Source: Planctomycetota bacterium (lineage in GTDB: Bacteria > Planctomycetota > GCA-002687715 > CAIWVZ01). From it: a stretch of 64,000 nucleotides of DNA. The notes beneath the pieces were generated by a model. The model saw nothing but the letters and a program-made list of their open reading frames with translations, was not told where the DNA came from and did no database searches. Positions 55,770 to 64,000 of the stretch are shown here, in pieces. The first letter of the stretch is position 1. Every line of letters starts with the position of its first letter. The position numbers and the translations under genes are program-made. Location of the stretch: the NCBI GenBank assembly GCA_044222185.1, contig JBGANV010000001.1:1283155-1347154 (forward strand), in the 5' to 3' direction.

Positions 55770-56936
55770 TCACTTCAGGTCGAAGGACTGTTCGAAGAGC
55801 AGCACGCTTTCGGAATCCGGCTGGAACGGCTGCCGGCGATAGTAGACGCGTACCGTCGCGCGGCGCAGTTCCTTGGGGATGCGCACCCGGTACCTGCGGG
55901 CCTCCCCTGCCGGGATCTGGGTGTTCTCGGGGTAGAACACGGGTCGCGTCGGATTGAACGCCGCGGGCACGCGCTCGGCTTCGACGTCGAGCGTCCCGAT
56001 GGAACCGACGTCGACTCCGTAGGATCGCTTCGCCCCCGGCTCACGAAGCGGATTCTTGAGGTGGAAGTCGTCGCGGTACGGATTGCGGAAGCGGTCGATG
56101 CGGCCGTTCGCGAGGGTTCCGTCGCCGGACTCGCCCCAGAACTCGAGATCCACGGCTCGGTGGCGCTCGTCCGACGGAAAGTTGTGGCCCGTTCCGTCGT
56201 TCAGGACCTCGATCGAGATCTCTCGCGGTCCGACGAGCTTCACGTCGTATCGCGCGGCCTTCTTGAGCGTCGCGACGTCGTGGCCCGCAGGGAACAGGTG
56301 GGATCGGCCCTTGTAGGCCGGGCGATCGCCGTTCGCGGGACGATCCACGTCGGGCATGTGACAGCCCTTGCAGTCCTTGAAACCGGGGCCGGGAACCGCG
56401 AATGCCGTCTGCTTCCAATCCTGGATGACCTTGTGCTGGTCATGGCACGGCGAGCAGAGACCGAGTTCGGTGATCCCGGCGTACGGCATCGGGTTGCACG
56501 GTGCCGTCGAGGCCCCCGAGAGGTGGGTTCCCCCGATGATCGCGGTCTTGTGCTGATGGCACGTGAAACAATCGACGCCCTCTTCCAGCCTGGTCGCCCG
56601 CTCGAGGACGCGGTTTCCGAGCCCCGTCTCGAACACCGGTCGCGACGCGTGACACGGCAGGCAGTCGCGGTCGCGAAAGTTCTTCGAGAGCCGCTGGACC
56701 TCGGGATTCACGTACGCGATCGCGTGGTGCGATCCCGACCACTCCTCGAAGACCTGCGCGTGACACGAACGACAGTCGGAGCTGCTCGTGAGCGTCAGGG
56801 GTCGCGTGCTCTCGGGCGGCGGCGGCAGCCCGGTGTTCACGGGCTCGGGGATGGTCACGGGCCCCGTGAGCCACCAGATGCCCGCGCCGCACGTGCCCAG
56901 GAGCACCACCGCGGCAAGCCATCGTCTTGAAGTCAC
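55770..56936 (-). CDS. Pentaheme c-type cytochrome, membrane-anchored/secreted
   Basis: Five CxxCH motifs (CRSCH, CLPCH, CFTCH, CSPCH, CKGCH); GTG start overlaps ABC ATPase stop (GTGA) read directly; N-terminal hydrophobic WLAAVVLLGTCGAGIWWL. Confidence 0.75.
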   Translation of the reverse strand: MTSRRWLAAVVLLGTCGAGIWWLTGPVTIPEPVNTGLPPPPESTRPLTLTSSSDCRSCHAQVFEEWSGSHHAIAYVNPEVQRLSKNFRDRDCLPCHASRPVFETGLGNRVLERATRLEEGVDCFTCHQHKTAIIGGTHLSGASTAPCNPMPYAGITELGLCSPCHDQHKVIQDWKQTAFAVPGPGFKDCKGCHMPDVDRPANGDRPAYKGRSHLFPAGHDVATLKKAARYDVKLVGPREISIEVLNDGTGHNFPSDERHRAVDLEFWGESGDGTLANGRIDRFRNPYRDDFHLKNPLREPGAKRSYGVDVGSIGTLDVEAERVPAAFNPTRPVFYPENTQIPAGEARRYRVRIPKELRRATVRVYYRRQPFQPDSESVLLFEQSFDLK

Positions 56937-57976
56937 GACTGCGCCTCCCCTGGCACGAATGCACATGGCGCGACGACGGAAAGTCGGAGCGCCGCGCCGG
57001 GCTCCAACCGCTCGCGCACGTCGACGAGGATCGCCCGGCCGGCCACGTCGACCGTCACGCGAAAACCCGTTCCGCGAAATGCACACCCGCGCACCACACC
57101 CTCGACGCCTCCGCCGCTCCCGTCGAGGCCGACGGCGTCAGGCCGGACGAGCGCAAATCCTCGGCCAGCCGTCGCGGGCGTCCGGACGCGCAAACGGCCG
57201 AGGGGCGATTCACACCAACCGTCACCGGCCGCAGTCACAGGAACGAGGGTTCCCGCGCCGATGAACCGCGCGACGTCCAGCGATCGGGGCGCATCCCAGA
57301 GTTCCTCGGGCGTCCCGCTCTGAGCGACCCGGCCTTCGATCATCACGTGGATGCGGCTTGCCAGTGAGAGGGCTTCCTGCTGGTCGTGCGTGACGAAAAG
57401 GACGGTCACGTTGAAGCGACGGTTCAGGTCCGCCAGGTAGGTCCGCACGTCCGCAGCCGTGTTTGGATCGAGCGAACCCGTGGGCTCGTCGAGCAGGAGC
57501 AGCTCCGGCCGGCCCACGAGCGCGCGCGCGAGCGCGAGGCGCTGGCGTTCGCCGCCCGAGAGGGTCTCGGGACGCGCTCGCCTGACCCGAGCCAGCCCCA
57601 CCGCTTCGAGGACCTCGTCGATTCGCGCCGCAGCCTCCGCCGATCCCACGCGCGCGCAGGCCAGCACGAACTCCAGGTGCTGCACGACGCTCATGTGCGG
57701 CCACAGCGCGAAGCCCTGGAACTGGAACCCTATCCGCCGAGATTCGGCCGCGATCAACGGCCGTCCGTCGAACAGGAGCCTGTCACCGAGCCGGATCGAT
57801 CCCGCATCGGGGTCCAGGAGCCCGGCGACCGCGCGAAGCAGCGTCGACTTTCCGGCGCCCGAGGCACCGACGAGCGCGCCGACGGCGCCGGCATCCACCT
57901 CGACGCCGACCTGCGAGAGGATCCGCTTCGCTCCGCGGGTGACGCTCAATCCCTCGACGACCAACCGCGCTACCAC
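56933..57976 (-). CDS. ABC transporter ATP-binding protein (FbpC/PotA-like importer ATPase with C-terminal TOBE-like domain)
   Basis: GTG start (VVARLVVEGLSV); Walker A GASGAGKST, signature LSGGERQR, Walker B LLLLDEP, H-loop VTHD. Confidence 0.8.
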   Translation of the reverse strand: MVARLVVEGLSVTRGAKRILSQVGVEVDAGAVGALVGASGAGKSTLLRAVAGLLDPDAGSIRLGDRLLFDGRPLIAAESRRIGFQFQGFALWPHMSVVQHLEFVLACARVGSAEAAARIDEVLEAVGLARVRRARPETLSGGERQRLALARALVGRPELLLLDEPTGSLDPNTAADVRTYLADLNRRFNVTVLFVTHDQQEALSLASRIHVMIEGRVAQSGTPEELWDAPRSLDVARFIGAGTLVPVTAAGDGWCESPLGRLRVRTPATAGRGFALVRPDAVGLDGSGGGVEGVVRGCAFRGTGFRVTVDVAGRAILVDVRERLEPGAALRLSVVAPCAFVPGEAQS

Positions 57977-59550
57977 GCGACCCTCCTCCGCCGGGAAAAA
58001 AGCCCGAGCAGGACCACTGGCACGATGGCCGCGGCGATGGACAGAAGACACAACGCGGCCACTTCCTCGTCACGCGAGTAGTGCACCATGTTGAAGATCC
58101 GGACCTGCACCGTCGACCAACTGGGAGGATAGGTCAGGATCGTGGCGTCGAGTTCCGTGAAGCACAGCACGTAGGACACCACGGCACCGACCGCGAGAGT
58201 CCCGAAGTGCAGGGGAACGAGGATCCGGAAGGTTCGCCTCCAGCGCGATGCTCCGGCCATGCGTGCCGCTTCCTCCTGTTCGGGCGGCGACTCGGCGAAG
58301 CCGTTGCGCATGACGCGGACGACGATCGGCAGGAACCGCGCCGTCAGCGCGAGCACGACGAGGGGGATTCCGTTCCGATAGACCCAACCGAGGACCGGTA
58401 CGTCATCGGTCCGCTTCCACGCCAGCACGACCGCGACGCCGAGTACGAGCGGAGGCAGCGCGAGCGTGGAGAAGAGCCCGTGGTCCAAGACGCGGTTCGG
58501 GCTGCGTGCGAGCCGATATGCCAGGGGCCAGGCACACACGAGCAAGGTCGCGACGCCCAGTCCGGTGAAGATGAAGCTGTGGAGGAAGTCGTCCGTCGTC
58601 CGCGCGAACACGATCCGGAACGGCGATGGCGTTTCGGGACGAAGCATGCGATCCTCGACGATCTTGGCGACGAGCCCGACGATCGGCGGCGCCAGGGCGA
58701 GGAGGAGCGGGATGGCGGCGACGAGGATGAGCCACCAATGGCGACTCCCGCGAAGCTGACGGCCGGATGGCGTCGGTGCTGCCAGCATGTCTTCGGCCGC
58801 GCGCGAGGAGAACATCACGACGAGGGTCATGACGAGGAGCGGCAGCGCCAGGAGCGCGCCATCGATCTGGTCCCGTTGGGAGAACGTGAAGAAGATGCGC
58901 TGGATCAGCACCGGGGTGTCGAGCAGCGACGGGCACGGGTAGGCGCACAGCGACAACGCGAAGACGACGAACGCGCCGCCGAGATACCGGGGGCGAACCA
59001 TCGGCCACAAGACGCGCCGCAGCGTCACCCATCGCGACGCCACCATGCGCGACGCCTCGATGGCCTCCGCGTCCACGCTCCGCAGGCCCGCGAGCAGCGG
59101 CAGGGCGATGAGGGGAAACAACGAGCACGCGAGGATCCACGCGGGCCCCGGATAGACGTTCAGAAACCAGGGGGCCCGCACGTCGAGGTTGTGATGGAGG
59201 TCCCGAGCAAGCCACTGCGTGAGCATCCCCTGCCGCCCGATGACCCGCATCCAGCCGATCGTGTGGACGTGCTGCGGGATCAGGAGCGGAATCACTGCGA
59301 GCGGTTCGAGGACGGCGCTCACGCCACGTCCGCTGCGTGCGAGCGCGAGCGCCGCCGGCACGGCGAGCACCGAGGCGAAGATCACGGTCGTGAGCGCGAG
59401 CACGAAGCTGTTGACGAGCAGCTCGTGCACGTGCGCGTCGAGGAGGGAGTCCAGTGCCCGGCCGCTGCGGATCGCGTCGAAGACCAGGATGCCCAGCGGC
59501 CATCCGAAGAGGACGCCGAGCAGGACGAAGTCTCGCACGCGGCGCAGCAT
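57970..59550 (-). CDS. ABC transporter permease, fused two-domain (FbpB/ThiP-like, about 12 TM)
   Basis: 526 aa with two BPD-transporter domains, each carrying an EAA-like loop (for example EEAARMAGASRWRRTFRILVP near the C-terminus). Confidence 0.8.
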   Translation of the reverse strand: MLRRVRDFVLLGVLFGWPLGILVFDAIRSGRALDSLLDAHVHELLVNSFVLALTTVIFASVLAVPAALALARSGRGVSAVLEPLAVIPLLIPQHVHTIGWMRVIGRQGMLTQWLARDLHHNLDVRAPWFLNVYPGPAWILACSLFPLIALPLLAGLRSVDAEAIEASRMVASRWVTLRRVLWPMVRPRYLGGAFVVFALSLCAYPCPSLLDTPVLIQRIFFTFSQRDQIDGALLALPLLVMTLVVMFSSRAAEDMLAAPTPSGRQLRGSRHWWLILVAAIPLLLALAPPIVGLVAKIVEDRMLRPETPSPFRIVFARTTDDFLHSFIFTGLGVATLLVCAWPLAYRLARSPNRVLDHGLFSTLALPPLVLGVAVVLAWKRTDDVPVLGWVYRNGIPLVVLALTARFLPIVVRVMRNGFAESPPEQEEAARMAGASRWRRTFRILVPLHFGTLAVGAVVSYVLCFTELDATILTYPPSWSTVQVRIFNMVHYSRDEEVAALCLLSIAAAIVPVVLLGLFSRRRRVAW

Positions 59551-59552
59551 GG

Positions 59553-60713
59553 TCAGGCGGCCGCAGCCCTGCGCTTGATTCGCCCGACCACGGTGAGTGC
59601 GAACGCCGCCGCGAGAATCCCGAGCAGGACGTAGGTCGACGTCCGATCCTCGGTGCCCGATTTCTGTTCCTGGATCGAGCGAGCCGCCGACTCGAATCGC
59701 GACAGGAGCCGAGGCCCGTTGTTGTCGATCATCCGCGCGACGACGGTCCAGTCGACCTTCATCGTCTTCAGCTCATCCGCGCCCTTGATCTCCGCCGGCT
59801 TGGGAACGCCGGGGTGAAGCGGGATCTGGGCCGATGGGCCACGCGCCAGCTCCTCCTCGACTGCCGGCGACAACAGGTAATCGATGAACGCGCGGGCCTC
59901 GGCCGGGTGCGGTGCGCCCTTCAGCATCATCACCGTGTTGGGAATGAGCAGGACTCCCACGTCGTCCGGCCCCTGATCCGGGTAGAGGAACTTCGTCGGA
60001 CGATTGCGCAGCGTCGACGCGCGCGCGTCGTCCGTATCCGTCATGCCGAACGCGCGACCGCCCTCGGAGACGGTCTGCATGGACTGGGCATTGCCCTTCT
60101 CGAACTGCACGTCGTTCTTGATGAGTGCTTCGAGCCAGGCGTCGGTGCGGTCCATTCCGTCGTTGGCGTACAAGGTACAAACGTGCGTCAGCGTCGTGCC
60201 CGTGAGCGGCTTCGCCATGACGCCCTTTCCCTTGAAGCGGGGATCGGCGAGGTCGCGAACCCGCGTGGGGACGTCAGCCTCCCTCACGAGCGTCGTGTTG
60301 TAGATGATGACCCGAGCTCGCGCGGCGAACCCCGTCCAATACCCGTCGGCGTCCTTGAACGCGGCCGGGATGGTCGCCGCCTGCGGCGACACGTACGGCG
60401 CAAGCAGGCCCTTGTCCTTCAACCGCACCGTCTGGCCGCATTCGTTGTTCCAGAACACGTCGGCCTTCGCGTGATCGCCCTCGGCGATGATCCGGTTGAC
60501 GAGTCCGACGGTCTTGTTGTCCTCTGTGTCGTGAACCTCGGCGACGGTGATCCCCGTCTTCTTCTCGAACGCCTTGAGGATGCCCTCGGCGTACTCGAAG
60601 TCGGTGCTGACGTAGACGGTCACGACTCGCTGCGCATGGACCGCAAGGGCCAGAACGATGACCATCGATGCGATTCGAAGTGCCGCGATGCTGTGCGTGT
60701 TGACGGAGTCCAT
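59553..60713 (-). CDS. ABC transporter substrate-binding protein, Fe(III)/thiamine-type (FbpA/ThiB family), with unusual C-terminal transmembrane anchor
   Basis: Internal ATG (MDSVNTHSIAALRIASMVIVLALAVHAQ signal); SBP core (VTVYVSTDFEYAEGILKAFEKKTGITV); C-terminal hydrophobic helix YVLLGILAAAFALTVVGRIKRR. Confidence 0.7.
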   Translation of the reverse strand: MDSVNTHSIAALRIASMVIVLALAVHAQRVVTVYVSTDFEYAEGILKAFEKKTGITVAEVHDTEDNKTVGLVNRIIAEGDHAKADVFWNNECGQTVRLKDKGLLAPYVSPQAATIPAAFKDADGYWTGFAARARVIIYNTTLVREADVPTRVRDLADPRFKGKGVMAKPLTGTTLTHVCTLYANDGMDRTDAWLEALIKNDVQFEKGNAQSMQTVSEGGRAFGMTDTDDARASTLRNRPTKFLYPDQGPDDVGVLLIPNTVMMLKGAPHPAEARAFIDYLLSPAVEEELARGPSAQIPLHPGVPKPAEIKGADELKTMKVDWTVVARMIDNNGPRLLSRFESAARSIQEQKSGTEDRTSTYVLLGILAAAFALTVVGRIKRRAAAA

Positions 60714-60892
60714 GGCTCGATCCAGGGTCGAGGGCGTGGCTTCGGGAAAGCAAACTCCACGCCACAGGGGCGCGACACGCCATCGCGCGGCGCATGCCAG
60801 ACGGCTCCGAGGCAACACCGTCACCGCGCGGTGACATGTCGGGCGCGATCGTAACCGCTGCGTCACGCCCCGCGAGGGAGCGGGGCCGACTC

Positions 60893-62200
60893 CTACTTGT
60901 GTTCGATCTTCGGCCAGTAGGTCTTGAACTCGAAGTGCGGCGAGTTGTCCGGGTCATGGCACCGGACGCAGGTGTTCGCATCGACCTTCCCTGGCGCGGT
61001 GGGCGCCAGCGTCTGTGCATGCAGCGAGCCCGGTCCGTGGCAGGTCTCGCAATTGACGTTCATCATCGTCGGTGTGGTCACCGGGTCCACGTAACCCGAT
61101 TCGGTCGCCCATCCCGTCACGTGGCACTTGACGCACTCCGGGTCGTGGTGGTCGTTGGTCGCTTCCAGCGACTTCATCGCCCGCTGATGAGGTGTCGTCG
61201 CGAGGGTCTTGATCGCCCCCTCATGGCACTCGGCGCACTTCTTGTCGCCCACGTACTTGAGGGCAGAGTTCACGCGCCCGACGTTCTTCGCGAGCCCCTC
61301 TTCGCGCACGGTCGTCCGGTATCCCTCGAGCAGCGCGCTCACCGAAGGCAGTCCGGGACGGGACTCCTCGAGCAGCAGCGATTCGAAGAAGCGCTCCGCC
61401 GTGGGTCGCACGAGGGCGAGGCTGCGGCCCTTCATGCCGCAACACACGACGCGCATCCCGAGGACCGGCTCGAGTTGGACGGGAGCGTCGGCGACTCCTG
61501 GAACCGCGAACGTGACTGATTTCCGCCGCGCTTCCGGCACGACCTTGCCGAGAGCCGCGAGGTCCGCGACGGGTCCGTTGTAGGCGACGATCGACCAGGC
61601 CGCGTCCTTGACGACGCCCAGTTCCCGCACCAGCGCCTCGGTCGCCGGAGTCGTCTTGACCCCGAGTTCCGGGGGAACGTCGCCCACGAGCCCGATCAGC
61701 GCGCCGTCACCCAGCCGCACCGACCCGACGAGCGGCGCGCCGTCCCACGTCGCGTTCGCGAGCACGAACGGAAACGGGACCATCGCCTTGGAATCCGTGA
61801 TGAACTTCGTGCCGAGCCGGAGCTCGCCGACACCTGGGACGAATGCCGCGTACTGCATCTCCGCGAGGCTGAGCAGGAACGTCTCGAACTTGATCTCCTG
61901 CTGCCGGCCACTCTCCGAGATGAACTCGCCGAGGCTCACGGCGTCGAGCTTCGGGTCCGCCTTGCGCAGCTCCTCGATCGCATGGGCGCGGCGGTGCACG
62001 CCTCCGAGCGCCGGCTTGCTGCACCCGCATGGGCGGATGAACCCGTGCTCGTTGCCCGTCAGCACGACCAGCGGCCCGCGGCTCGCCGGGCGCGACGCGG
62101 CGGCCGCGTCCTGGACCCCGTCGCGCGGGAGCGAGAACACCGCGAGGGCGCCGACGGCAATGAGTGCCGCGGTCGCCCCCCTGTTGATCGAGCGGATCAT
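60893..62200 (-). CDS. Tetraheme c-type cytochrome (c554-like C-terminal module) with N-terminal unknown domain, secreted/anchored
   Basis: Signal/anchor ALIAVGALAVFSL; four CxxCH motifs (CAECH, CVKCH, CETCH, CVRCH) clustered in the C-terminal 130 aa. Confidence 0.7.
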   Translation of the reverse strand: MIRSINRGATAALIAVGALAVFSLPRDGVQDAAAASRPASRGPLVVLTGNEHGFIRPCGCSKPALGGVHRRAHAIEELRKADPKLDAVSLGEFISESGRQQEIKFETFLLSLAEMQYAAFVPGVGELRLGTKFITDSKAMVPFPFVLANATWDGAPLVGSVRLGDGALIGLVGDVPPELGVKTTPATEALVRELGVVKDAAWSIVAYNGPVADLAALGKVVPEARRKSVTFAVPGVADAPVQLEPVLGMRVVCCGMKGRSLALVRPTAERFFESLLLEESRPGLPSVSALLEGYRTTVREEGLAKNVGRVNSALKYVGDKKCAECHEGAIKTLATTPHQRAMKSLEATNDHHDPECVKCHVTGWATESGYVDPVTTPTMMNVNCETCHGPGSLHAQTLAPTAPGKVDANTCVRCHDPDNSPHFEFKTYWPKIEHK

Positions 62201-62219
62201 GAGTCGAAGAGTCTCCGCC

Positions 62220-63284
62220 TCACTGCACGAGAGCGTAGAAGTAGACCTGGATCAGGTTCTCGCCGGCGCAGTTCGTCTTGATGGTGACCGTTCCGCGCGA
62301 GTACCCCTCCTTCGCATCGGCGGCGAGGGCGAGGACCAGCTTGAATGCCTGCCCGGGCTTCACTTCCTCGAGCTTCGCCGTGAAGGCGCCCTCGGGCTTC
62401 ACTTCGACGCCCTCGATCTTCAGATCGGGTGCACCCGACTTCTCGATCTCGACGATCTTGGTCGTGCCATCGCCCTTCTTCACCTTGCCGAAGTTGAAGG
62501 TGCGCGGCTTCACGTTGATCTCACCCTCGACCATGGCGATCACCGGCACGGTGAGCGCGCGTTGGGCAGGAACGTCCGTCGTGAGCGTGACCATGGAGCG
62601 GAGCTGGCCGACGGGCAGCGAGCCGTCGACGGTGACCGTGATCTTGTAGCCTTTCATCCGCGACGACGCCGGGAGCGGCTCGAACGCAGCCTTGACCTGC
62701 GGGTTGTCGGAGCGCGCGTCCGTGATCGTCCCCGAACCGCCCGTCATGATCTCGAATGATTTGGGCTCCATCGGCTGGCCCTTCTTGATCATTCCGTAGT
62801 TCAGCTCGGTGATCGTGACGTGGAACGGCTGGAGAACCTTGCCCGAGATCGTCAGCGACAGCGTGGGCGTCGTGGGATCGTTGCACATGACCGTGATGGT
62901 CTTGGTGATCGGCCCCTGGAACGTCTTCGTTTCGAAGACGGCTTTGATGTTCGTGGCCTCGTTCGGCTGCAGGAACCGCTTCTCGGGCATGGCGGCCGTG
63001 CACGAGCACGTCGGCTGCACGTTCGTGATCTCGAGCTGTGCGTCGCCCTTGTTCACGATCTCGAAGCTGTGTTCGACCTTGTCGTTCTGGGGAGCCTCGC
63101 CGAAATCGAAGACGGGCTGAGGGCAGAAGATCTTCGCCGCCGGGCCGAGCGGCTTGACGGGCTGGATGACGGGAGTCGGAGCCGGAGCCGGGGGCGGCTT
63201 GCCCGTGAGCCCGTGGTCCTGCGCCGCCAGCCCGAGGGTGAGCGCACCGAAGAGCACCGTTCCGAGGATGAAAGTCTTGGTCAT
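62220..63284 (-). CDS. DUF1573 domain-containing secreted protein (two tandem DUF1573 Ig-like domains)
   Basis: Internal ATG (MTKTFILGTVLFGALTLGLAAQ signal) of 495-aa ORF; DUF1573-like motifs (FDFGEAPQNDKVEHSFEIVNKGDAQLEI, FNFGKVKKGDGTTKIVEIEKSG). Confidence 0.65.
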   Translation of the reverse strand: MTKTFILGTVLFGALTLGLAAQDHGLTGKPPPAPAPTPVIQPVKPLGPAAKIFCPQPVFDFGEAPQNDKVEHSFEIVNKGDAQLEITNVQPTCSCTAAMPEKRFLQPNEATNIKAVFETKTFQGPITKTITVMCNDPTTPTLSLTISGKVLQPFHVTITELNYGMIKKGQPMEPKSFEIMTGGSGTITDARSDNPQVKAAFEPLPASSRMKGYKITVTVDGSLPVGQLRSMVTLTTDVPAQRALTVPVIAMVEGEINVKPRTFNFGKVKKGDGTTKIVEIEKSGAPDLKIEGVEVKPEGAFTAKLEEVKPGQAFKLVLALAADAKEGYSRGTVTIKTNCAGENLIQVYFYALVQ

Positions 63285-63404
63285 GGTCGCCTCAATGCGG
63301 GCGCGTGGCCCTGCACAGTTCCACAAGGATCGCGCGATCGCTTCCCGTTCACAATCGGGCCGCCGGCTTGAAACCCGCCGCGAAAGCCGGTTCCATCCCA
63401 CGTC

Positions 63405-63866
63405 ATGCCCCGATCGGCATCGTATGCGCTCGTCGCCGTGTGGTTGTGGACCGCGTGCGGTCAATCCGCACTCGATCCGTCCCAGACGTATCGCACGTAC
63501 CTCTCGAGTCTCGCAAAGCCTGACATGAGTGCCGCCTGGGCCCTCCTCTCCGCACCCTCGCGCCAGGCGTTCGAGGAGGCGGCGAAGAAGAGCCAGGCCG
63601 GCGAGAAGGACCCGCTCCTTCGGGCAGCGGCAGCGCCCCCGGGGACCCGTTTCGAATCCGGGCTCGCCCTTTTCGGGGCCTGCATGTCGACCGGCTATCC
63701 GAGCCACGTTCCGTACCTGACGCCATCGACCGTCGATCGCGTCAAGGTAGAGGTCGACCGGACGGACGAATCCAATACCAGCCTGAAGGTGCTGACGCCC
63801 GTCGGAACGGAATCCGTCCGCCTCGTACGTGAATCGGCTGGGTGGCGGATCGCGCTCGACCTGTGA
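63405..63866 (+). CDS. Hypothetical lipoprotein
   Basis: Signal with lipobox-like LWTAC; no family recognised; GC3-rich. Confidence 0.45.
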   Translation: MPRSASYALVAVWLWTACGQSALDPSQTYRTYLSSLAKPDMSAAWALLSAPSRQAFEEAAKKSQAGEKDPLLRAAAAPPGTRFESGLALFGACMSTGYPSHVPYLTPSTVDRVKVEVDRTDESNTSLKVLTPVGTESVRLVRESAGWRIALDL

Positions 63867-64000
63867 GCGCTCGCGCTCACCGTGGGGTTTCGGCCGGCGG
63901 GGTGCTCGCCTGCTGGAGGAGGCGCGAGGCTTCGGCGAGGACCGACTGAAGGGCCGGCGCCCGCGCGCCGCGTACGAGGACGTACTGAAGCAGTCGCCGT

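Noticed and set aside
63867-64000. Possible 3' end of a minus-strand gene (...ALQSVLAEASRLLQQASTPPAETPR stop near 63880)
   Set aside because: Only about 40 codons visible, no recognisable family; too little sequence to call

Overview
This 64 kb window is very GC-rich (about 68-70% by eye) and looks like a Gram-negative bacterial chromosome. It carries many secreted and lipoprotein genes; the phylum cannot be assigned from sequence alone (Planctomycetota, Gemmatimonadota or Myxococcota would all be compatible). Because of the GC content, almost every region has long overlapping or antisense ORFs. Genes were called by recognisable family signatures, signal peptides and GC3-type codon bias, then trimmed to internal starts, often GTG/TTG or with 4-nt ATGA/GTGA overlaps. 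No rRNA, tRNA or CRISPR was found.

Core genes: hisS, miaA, mutL-holA, ruvB, tgt, larC, a phosphohexomutase, threonine aldolase, an aminotransferase, an ECF sigma/Ser-Thr kinase pair and an orphan MCP. There is a putative cell-wall turnover cluster (NamZ-like, SGNH O-acetylesterase, exported VanX-type D-Ala-D-Ala dipeptidase).

Two regions stand out. (1) 36.8-42.6 kb looks lower in GC by eye and resembles a decayed genomic island: a secreted protein with 7 tandem 201-bp FG-GAP-like repeats, a C-terminal IS66 transposase fragment, a chimeric ORF ending in a tyrosine-recombinase C-terminal fragment, and a 3x Ig-like repeat protein. (2) 52.6-63.3 kb has a porin plus monoheme cytochrome c pair on the + strand. 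On the - strand the order is DUF1573 protein, tetraheme cytochrome, then an FbpA/ThiB-type (Fe(III)/thiamine-family) ABC importer (binding protein with C-terminal TM anchor, permease, ATPase) whose ATPase stop overlaps the GTG start of a pentaheme cytochrome c, followed by a HEAT-repeat lipoprotein. This looks like an undescribed redox-coupled, iron-type uptake or electron-transfer module.
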